This document shows positions 54,701 to 64,000 of a DNA stretch of 64,000 bases, piece after piece. The stretch spans positions 139,128,001-139,192,000 of the forward strand of contig OZ024741.1 in assembly GCA_964016885.1 (NCBI GenBank). Reading direction: 5' to 3'. Made by a program: the position numbers and the translations under genes. Below the pieces are notes generated by a model. The model saw nothing but the letters and a program-made list of their open reading frames with translations, made no database searches and was not told the DNA's origin. This DNA is from Eledone cirrhosa (Eukaryota). Each line of letters starts with the position of its first letter. The stretch's first letter is position 1.

Positions 54701-56457
54701 ATGACCCCGAGAGAAAAGAACATTCATTGGTCTATTATCTAATGATGCAAGTAGGTCAAAGCGAAGGTGTCTCACCGAAGATGTAAATGCGATAGAGATC
54801 AGGCTCACACAGAATTATGGGCAGACGGCTTCTGCAAGAGTGGAGGAGGATGACAGTCGGTGTGAACTTCAACGGAACAAAGATGCTGCCGCGACTGCTG
54901 CTGCTCGCACTCGAGAGGATGAAGCTCGACGAAGCAGGGACGCCGCTGCCACTGCTGCTGCACGAAATATTGAAACCATAGAGCAACAACGTGGCTGACT
55001 TCTGCAAAGTTAACATCGGCGATCATCGTTACGTGGCATTTCTAGGACTTGCAATTCACGATGGTTGCTGAAAGGCCTTTAACTACAACCTCTCTCCGAC
55101 TACGATGTGCCTTGAAACTTGCACGTCTACAAGTCCCTTGACTCTATGGCTGATCCGGACGAAGTTGTTAATTACCCCACAGAATTTCTTAACTCCCTAG
55201 ACCCTCCCGGATTGCCACCACACTTACTGCGACTTAAGAAAGGTGACCCTGTCATGCTCCTCAGGAATTTGGAACCCCGAAGGCTTTACAGCGGAACGTG
55301 ACTGGTCGTCCAAAAGGCGATGCCTCATGTTATTAAGACAACAATACGTACAGGATGTGGTAAGGGGGATACTTTCTTCATACAGAGGATACCTCTCATT
55401 CCATCCGGTAAAGACATACCTGTCACATTCAGAAGGCTGCAATTCCCTCTCCGGCTCAGTTTTGCCATGTCGATTATCAAATCACAAGGTCAGGTGCTGA
55501 CGGTCGTAGGGCTTAATTTAGAAGAACTGTGCTTCTCCCATGGTCAACTATATGTTGGCTGCTTTCGAGTGGGGAGCCGACATAAGCTATTTGCTTTTGT
55601 AACTCGTGAGAAAACCCCAAATATAGTCTATAAGGAAGTTTCTTAGGCACCCCATCTGCCAACAAGTAATCGCTGTTTTTTTTGTATAAGTGCTTACATT
55701 TGCTGTATCCGTGTGATATCTTTGTCCTTTTGACAATACCACGTACGCCTCTGAGGTTGCTTTTGCTATACGTTGTAAATGTTCAATGTCTCAGTTTTCC
55801 GCGTTTATATGTTGCTATTACGCTTTGATATCGATGTTCCGTAGTTTTAACCTAATTAATCTACTTTTCCCTACATCTTATTTACACCTTTTTTTGACAT
55901 TCCAGTGTGATCTTGCTGTTTTTGTGGCCACCGACAGTTACATGCTTTTCTAGGTTACAATCTCAAATAATAAGCAAAGCAAATACGACACACCAAACTG
56001 GTGTGAAGGACTTCTTAAGTGTCAACACCTCTAAACGGAGTCGTCTTTGATGACGGCTCTGCCGCTGGGACTTTTAACAGTGAACGATCCAAGGCCCTTT
56101 TCAGGGCCATCAAGTTTAAATTGTTACCATCGGATTCAACTTTGCTGGCAGCTCCGCCGCTGAGATATTTCAAAGTCAGCGTTAAAAGGTCCTCTTCATG
56201 GCCACCAACTATAAATTGTTATCGCTGGATTTGTCTTTGCAGGCAGCACCGCCGTAAAGATATTTCAAAGTGGATGTACCTCCACTTTGAAATATCTTTA
56301 CGGCGGTGCTGCCTGCAAAGACGAATCCAGGCCTCTTTAGGGCCAACACCTATAACTTGTTACTTCGTGTTAGTCGTGTTTAACGGAAGTCTTTCGGTTC
56401 ATTTGAACGACTACTCCATTGAGAGTTATACCGGGCAACGCCGGGTACCTATGCTAG
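54701..56457 (+). mobile_element. Internally deleted Helitron: RepHel N-terminal repeats joined to the PIF1-like helicase C-terminus, with a canonical 3' end; 5' end lies upstream and is not defined
   Basis: 55119-55646: [67 protein letters not shown]. 3' hairpin TACCGGGCAACGCCGGGTA followed by CTAG|T at 56454-56458. Confidence 0.88.
56035..56365. repeat. Degenerate tandem array of about 100-bp units inside the Helitron, containing a 105-bp hairpin (56226-56330)
   Basis: Repeated GGCC..AA..TATAAATTGTTA and CTTTGC.GGCAGC.CCGCCG...AGATATTTCAAAGT. Hairpin arms of about 49 bp with loop TGTACC. Confidence 0.82.
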
Positions 56458-59415
56458 TTATGTCTAAATCACGAAGTTTGCTATACTGCGCAGGTGAAAC
56501 TTCAGATTAACGAGGCTCATGACTTAACCATAACACATGAATATATGTATGTGGGGGGTGAGTGGGATTGCATGTGTGTGTGTGTGTCAGAAACAGCAGA
56601 TGTATCCTTTTCCTGAGTGCATACTATGCATTACATTGTTTGAACCTAATGGGAAGTTGTATAGCACCCAATACGCTCATATATATCCATTAATTATTAG
56701 ATTTGTAAGACTTATGCAAATATATTAAATTATGGTGGACATGTCTGAGTGTGGAAAATTCGTATTTCAATCCATGTACGTAAAATCAGTTAAAGAAATC
56801 TTACACTGTTTCGTTTCATATATTAATATATTAGAAAATACCGAATAGGAATCACAACAGCGATTTCCAGATATCAGTAAATGATATTTTCCGGTAAGAT
56901 ATTGGATAAAAGAATTACTTTTGTTGATTTGAATATGTATGCATGTCGTAGAATATATATAATCAACTTCGTATCGATAGTAATTTTCGCTTTTAATTAT
57001 ATACGTTACTGTGTATTGGGGCAATTCACATTTGCCACACAATAATTATATATGGTGAAAAATGTACGAGGTGAATTTCAGGTTGTTTCCAACGATAGAT
57101 TTAACATTTAATTAATATCGCAAACAATCCCACCAGCAACAACAGCACTCATATGTTAAAGTAACGTAGTACTCAAGGTGTTTAGCTCACGATCGAAGAA
57201 TAATGATTTCGGTCTCAGACGTCCTCCTTTTGAATAAGACGTTTTATTTAATCTTATATTTGTTAAGCTCAATCAGCTGGCGAAAAAGTATCATATGTAA
57301 CTCAAAAGACCAATCTTATGGTACTCATACTATTTCTCCCAGAAAATACCGTTAATGTTACACATATACGTGAGCTGCTCAGTCACTTACTGGTTAATTT
57401 TACGAATTTAATTTCTATGAAGCCTGAGTTTAATTTCTGGATATATTAATCCTGGAAATATGTTAAAGAAGGATTAACGTATTTGATATGACATCAAAGT
57501 ATCGATACATAAGAAAAACAAAGAAAATTACTACAGAAAATGAATAAAAAGAAATGTGTCTGAGGTGAACGTTTGATGTATGATTATTGATTTTATTTAG
57601 CAACCATCTAGTTATCAGAGCTATCTCGCTGCGTTCTAGCTTGGCCATGTTTCTTCTATTATAGCATTCAGATAAACATTTGAAAAACTTTCTCTCCCTC
57701 TCGTTTTCTCTCTCACTCACTCTTGCTTTCTTTCTCACCATCACACCGTCTCTAGCTCTCACTCTCTTGCTAACTCTTGTTCACGCTCGCTCTCCCACAC
57801 ACTCAAACATATGACTTCTCCAGTTTCCATTTCTTTAGACATTTTACCAAGCAACTTGCGAAGATGAATCGCGATGCGACTGAACCTGAAGCTAACCCTT
57901 ATACCACACCAATATGCCTCCTCTTGTGTGGATAATAATCAAATCGTTTCGAAAAATATTTGGGTTAGCTATATTAAAATGATATTCTCTTTATTGTGAT
58001 CATAAAGAAAGGGTTGTTAACACTACTTAGAATTGCATTTAGTGATACAGCAATTATGTTTGTCTGTTAACATTAACGGCATTCAAAATGTGGTTTTTAG
58101 ATACAAAACATTACTTAAAAACATGGAGCGCTGACCTTTAGGTTAGGAGAAATTTTCGGAACGGAAACAAACGAGTGTGATTTGTTGATATTGGGGAAAA
58201 GTGAAAGGTTAAGATAAATTAATTTTGGGAATTTACCAAAAGAATCTATAACACGGGAAATGCATATTCACAAACAACGCATGCGCACAGTTTTATTCAA
58301 ATGTATGAACACACAGGCAAGAAAATATACACACAAACACACGCACATCCATACACATGGAGTGCTAAGTGCGACGATCCCGGCATACAAATAAAATAAT
58401 GTCATATACAGTGGTTTTGTGTTGTAAGTATACTTGAATACAAACTGCAGCTGGCTGATCGTTAATGGGCTGTACTTGTAATATAAAAGACCAAAATATC
58501 TAACATAAGTTCATGCTCATACTCCATGAAGATTATATGCGTCTTGTATATTTTATTATTTAGTAAGAAATACAGTAGTGCTCTCAGTGGAGGGCTTTCA
58601 CACTTATGAAACTGGGGGAATAGTGCAAGTTATCCTCAAAACCTCTCACAGGTATAAAACAGAGCAGACTGCAATACAACGAACCAAAGATTAATTGGTG
58701 CGTCTTAACACGTATAAGTCTACCAAAGAAAAAGGCCATAATAGGTTTTGAACTCAGAACGCGCAAAACTCCAGGAAATACTTTTGAAAATTCACTAATC
58801 CACCGTCTTAGCTCGACTAGTTATTGTATGATACTGAAAAACATGAACCAGATATAAAATCACTGCGACATTTCAACTCCGAACGCAAAGAGTCGTGACA
58901 AATACTGTGAAACATTTTGTCCTGTGCTCAGATGCCTCAAACACAACGTTGCTCTACATATAAATAATATAAATATATAAATCAACTGAAAAGGCATGTA
59001 TTATTGAGCACAAGTTTGAAAACAATTGCTCAAATATCAGCATATACCCTGGTTAAGAGATCAATTTTGCATTTCAAGCAGTGTAGGATAGTAGGGTGTA
59101 AACATATGGCTAAGATTATATCCTAAAATATAACCTCAATATATTTGACAGCAATCAATATACACATTCTATTGTGAAAGAGCGATTCTAATTACGTAAC
59201 TCAGGTAGAAATGTTACACGCATACGGGAACTAGGAAGCAGTTGCTTCGGCAGAGACGAAACTAGTGGTGATAAAAGCATATCTGTATATACGCATACAC
59301 ACATACATAATATAAATACATCTAGATTTGAAACAGCAATTCACTTGAGTAGACGAAACAGGTGTTGATAACACACACACACACGCACACACGCACGCCC
59401 CCCCCCCACACACAT

Positions 59416-59455
<40 letters not shown>

Positions 59456-59597
59456 TTCGTTTCATTCTTTTCCATTTATCGTTTTCGGTACGCCCGGCCG
59501 ACTAACTCACTCGATATGCAAATTAGGCTGCTCAGCCGTTAATATGCATAAGGAAAGTATATACTGTCAGACGTTCAATCATCTGACAGAAAGGTAT

Positions 59598-59639
59598 ACG
59601 ATGCTGACGATAGCTAAAAGCTCGAAAATAGTTCATCGT
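59598..59639 (+). ncRNA. Minimal type I hammerhead in a roughly 300-bp TA-flanked cassette (59455-59760)
   Basis: acgaug CUGACGA u agcu aaa agcu c GAAA auag UU caucgu. Perfect 6-bp stem I. Confidence 0.8.
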
Positions 59640-59761
59640 TCCTTTGTCTGTGTTGAACAAAAGGGCAACAATGGTTGCCGAACACTGTGCGGCTTAATTC
59701 GGGGTGGTTGTTTACAAACAAACCGAACATTATAATAAATGTTCGGTAAACCCATACGTAC

Positions 59762-59798
<37 letters not shown>

Positions 59799-59935
59799 CA
59801 TGTATCTATATATATAAATACTACTGTACGTCTGTATACATATATGTATGTACGTATACATACTTATATTTAAGTATCAGTCGTACTAAGATTGAGAAAT
59901 GAAATTTCTTTTTATTCGTCTCTCTCTGTCTCTCT

Positions 59936-60008
<73 letters not shown>

Positions 60009-60021
60009 TAAATATTTTTTC

Positions 60022-60145
60022 CATATCCATGAGCTCAGTGCACAATCAAGATAACGGAGCAAGGCACTTTTTAAACATCTCGTCAGGAATGTCGAAAAAG
60101 TGTCGGGCACCCTCATCTTGATTGTACCCTGAGCTGTGAGATATA
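60022..60145. repeat. Old fold-back with hammerhead remnants at its centre
   Basis: AGCTCAG..CACAATCAAGAT..GCACTTTTT versus AAAAAGTG..ATCTTGATTGT..CTGAGCT. The minus strand has CTGACGA and the plus strand has GAAAAAGTGTC. Confidence 0.6.
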
Positions 60146-60739
60146 GAATCAATTGTGATGTGCCAATAAAGTTTGTACATACACTTCACATTGGATTTCT
60201 ATTCTACTTAATCTATTTACACTCCGCACACTACAGTCGCCGTAACTCTGGAATACAACCCACACGAGGTGGACCTCGTAATAGCACTGAATTCTTCAAA
60301 TGGCGAGTCTCCTCAAATCATATTTACACACCTAACACACACATGCATACTCAGACACACACACACACATACACACACACATACACACACACACAGTAAC
60401 ATACACACACATATATATATATATATATATCCAAACCAACACAATCCTGTGCCCACTGACCCCTGTTGGAAGAACCCCTCCCTGGTTGACCTCCACCACT
60501 TTCTTCTTGGCTATATCACTGACTACTCGAACATTAGGCAGGTTGTACTGTGTTACTTGGTACCAGCATGAGGCAGAACTCTGACCTGACTATAACACAC
60601 ACACGCACACACACACACATACACACACATATATATTTATATATATATAAACTATTGTCTCCACTATGATGACACATGAAGTCATACATACGCACCTACG
60701 TGGATACATATATATGCCTATAATATACATACATACATA

Positions 60740-63700
60740 TAACCAACAGAAATTATTTCGAAACTATCTTTAAATCCAGAAAGAATCCTCCATACAACAA
60801 ACTCCTGGAGGATTTTGAAACTGAAATGCTCAATATACTTAAGAAAATTAAATTCAGAAAAAAAACATATATAGGTCACCAATCCATTAGAACTTTAAAA
60901 GAAAAAAATCTCGGATATGAAAAAAGTTAATAAAATATTGGTAACATCTGACAAAACACATAATTTATATGGGATAAATAAAGAAGAATATCATGATTTG
61001 ATTTTAAAAGAACTAAAGAAAAATTATAAAAAAAGCCCCGGCCGAAGATCTTACAGACATCAATAATGATGCATATAAATTAATTGCAAAATTAGGAATT
61101 GAAGCAAGAACGAGCCTCTTATACCTAGACAGCCGAGGATTAATTTTAAAGATCACAAAAGAAACTTTGAGGAAGACCTGCCAGTTAGACTGATTGCTCC
61201 ATCAAAATCGGATATTGGAGTAATCAGTAAGAAATTATTGATAGCATTCTACCTATTTTGAATTGAGGTCTAAATTGAGCTTGTGGGAGGATACAAATGA
61301 AGTGATTGATTGGTATAAAAATATAGATAAGAAAAACGATAAATTCATCCAGATGGACATAACAAGCTATTACTCTTCCATTACGCCTAACCTACTAAAT
61401 AAGGCTTTATCCTACGCTTACAAACATACAGATCTAACTCCGGATGAAATCGATATCATATTAACTGCTAGAAGAACTCTAATTAATTTCAACAATGAGT
61501 ATTGGACCTGCTCAGATAGAAATACAAACTTCGACATTACCATGGGATCATCGGACTCAGCGCAAGTCACGGAACTTCTGGGGATTTTCTTCTTAAATAT
61601 GATAAATAGAAAACTGCCGGAGATTAGCGGTGGTTTATATAGGGACGATATTTTATTTACGGTTGTTAAAGACAGCAATACATAACTAAATACGGCAAAG
61701 AAAAATATAATTGAATTCTTTAAAAATTACGACCTTAAATTAGAGGTAGAAAGTGGTACCAAAATAGTCAATTTCCTTGATGTTACCCTTAACTTAAACT
61801 CTGGTTTTTAATACCCTTTCCATAAGCCCAATGAAAACTTGAATTACGTTAGTTATTACTCTAATTACCCTAAATCTGTGAAAAATGCAATTGTCTATAG
61901 TATACAGAAACGCATAACTAGAATATCTGCCAATAAATCAATATTTGATGAAAAAGCAGGATATTACAAAGATGCGCTAAGAAAGGCAGTTTATAAAAAT
62001 AATATAGAATATATAGACAATAATAATTCGAATCTTAATCCTGATAAAAATAATAATAATATGACTGGCATGTATAAACGAAATTCTAAAAACTATAATT
62101 CAAACTTGAATAAATCGGGGAAAAGAACCAGAACTAAATCAGTTATATGGTCATCCCCCTGCTTCTGTAGCAGTAAGAACACCACTAGCTAATCTATTCT
62201 TTAAGGCTTTAGATAATTCCTTAGCTAGTCAACATAAATACCGTTCAATATTTAATAGACACACAATTAATCTTTCTTATTCTACAACAACGAATATGGC
62301 CCAAAACATCGCTAGCCTAAATAGAAGGATTCTAAACCAAAATCAGTATAATGCTGTTAATAATAGTGTTAATATAAATAATAATAAATCGAAATATAAT
62401 TGTAGAAATAAACCAGATTGCCCTCTGCAAAATAATTGTCTGGATAGAAATTTGGTGTATAAATGCACCGTAAAAACAAATAACAACACATACAACTACA
62501 TAGGGGCAACTTCTTCGACATTTAAATCGAGATTTGCGAATCACAAATGCTCGTTTTTGAATTTTAATAGGAAGTCTTCGACTTCCTTATCACAAATTAT
62601 ATGGAGATTAAAAGACAACAATTTGAAATACTCGATGTTTGGACGAAGCTTTGTAATAGTAGAATCTACTTGAACTCATCTATATCAACTAACTGCAACC
62701 TCTGCACAAAGGAGACCCTATTAATAATTACTAATTATGAAAACTTAATTAACAAAAAAAGTTAATTATTCTCAAACTGCCTTCATAAAGCTTTGTCTAC
62801 ATTCCAAGCCTCGCAAAAAGTCAGGAAAAAACACTAAACAAACAGGCTTTAATTTTTGACGTCTCTCATCAACTGTTGGACCTAAAACGTTATAACAGTT
62901 TATAAAACTTTAATAATACTTTATATTCTTATCATTTATGATAGAATTAATGTTAGAATGAAGGATCCTGTTTAGGTATATAAATATTATTTGGTAACAT
63001 GTTCTCTTGATAAATATGCACACCTTTGGATTATTTTAGATATTTATAATTGAGATTCGGATCTTTATATATTTGACTCTGTTTCAAATATATAATTTGG
63101 ATATTTAACTTGTAACATTACCGGTTATAATTGAACCGTAGATCATTCATGCATTTATATATTTTACTCATTTTAAGTATGTTTTGGGACTCCGAAAGTT
63201 AGATTTGCACGTATATATTTGTTATATATATCTAGGTATAAACCATACTAGTCGACACATATTGGTCTCGCTTTCCACTGAACTGGAGGTAAAACTACAA
63301 TTATAGCATTACTAATAATGATTGTAATTATTTATTTATTATATGTATATCGTTTCACTATTGCCTATAATACTCTCTCTATATAGTTGTACAAATATGT
63401 TTTTCTTGTGTAATAACATGCTCGTAGTTACATTTATAAATAATTTAGATACTCAAATGACTCTCTATTGTTATAAGTGTTAGATATTCCCTAGATCTTG
63501 GAAATTATATAATGATTATTACTTAATTTAATATAATTTACTTTATTTTAATTAACTTTAGATTACCTTCGGCTTTTTCAAGTCTTTAGCTCCTCTTTCT
63601 ATCACATTCGCTGGACATTTTAGAAGTATCTTTCGTGTACTATATATTAAAACCCTCTTACATTTTAAACTATATTTTTAATATTGGGCATTCTTTTGTT

Positions 63701-64000
63701 TCGTAAACAATTCATTATTTTTCACTTTTTATTTTGTTTCTAGCCCTTATCCTTAGGACTCATGTAGTTTTGACTTATATGTTTATAGTATATATCTATT
63801 AAATGATCCTTTTACAATAATTGATCTAACACATTAATTTTTAACAATATAATATTTGTGTATATTTCTTTGATAAACACATATATGTAATTTAGAATTC
63901 AGACCTCTTTAAGTTTAATTATAAGGCCTGTAGATCCTTTAGGCACACAAATTGTTAATCATAAATTCTTTAAAAATTATATCTGTAATTATTTTCTAAA
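60740..64000 (+). mobile_element. Near full-length degenerate Naiad-type PLE; the T-rich 3' UTR runs off the window
   Basis: FKSRKNPP..LEDFE, VTSDKT, KDHK.NF..P.RLIAPSKSDIG.ISK, FIQMDITSYY, FDITMGS, GLYRDDI, NFLDVTLNL, PFHKPN, NCRNKPDCPL..C, LVY..YIG, CNLC and CLH. The coding region ends at about 62840. Confidence 0.88.

Noticed and set aside
55119-55646. Host PIF1 helicase gene
   Set aside because: It is a fragment with an internal stop, followed by a Helitron hairpin and CTAG terminus.
57839-57935. Possible exon after TTTCTTTAG
   Set aside because: Frames are short and closed by stops, with no good donor or recognisable motif.

Overview
This is AT-rich eukaryotic DNA saturated with (TA)n, (CA)n and (GA)n microsatellites. 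The SINE families resemble octopus SINEs, so an octopod cephalopod is inferred. Most short ORFs in the track are microsatellite artefacts. Recognisable content is mostly decayed transposons: two CR1-like LINEs, two RTE-like LINE fragments, two Naiad-type Penelope-like elements (PLEs), two other GIY-YIG PLE remnants, a Chapaev3-like DNA transposon with TIRs and a TAA TSD plus a second fragment, an internally deleted Helitron, and many tRNA-derived SINEs. A possible host gene on the + strand has a CRE/TATA-like promoter near 15.2-15.3 kb, a signal-peptide exon at 16626-16687, and a candidate second exon at 45995. The most striking signal is about 14 complete or near-complete type I hammerhead ribozyme motifs, plus several half motifs, from at least seven unrelated sequence families. 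Most are minimal with palindromic stem III, several carry the U3-A8 core covariation, nearly all lie in short non-coding cassettes inside (TA)n tracts, and many are arranged as fold-backs. All structures were folded by eye and no database searches were run.
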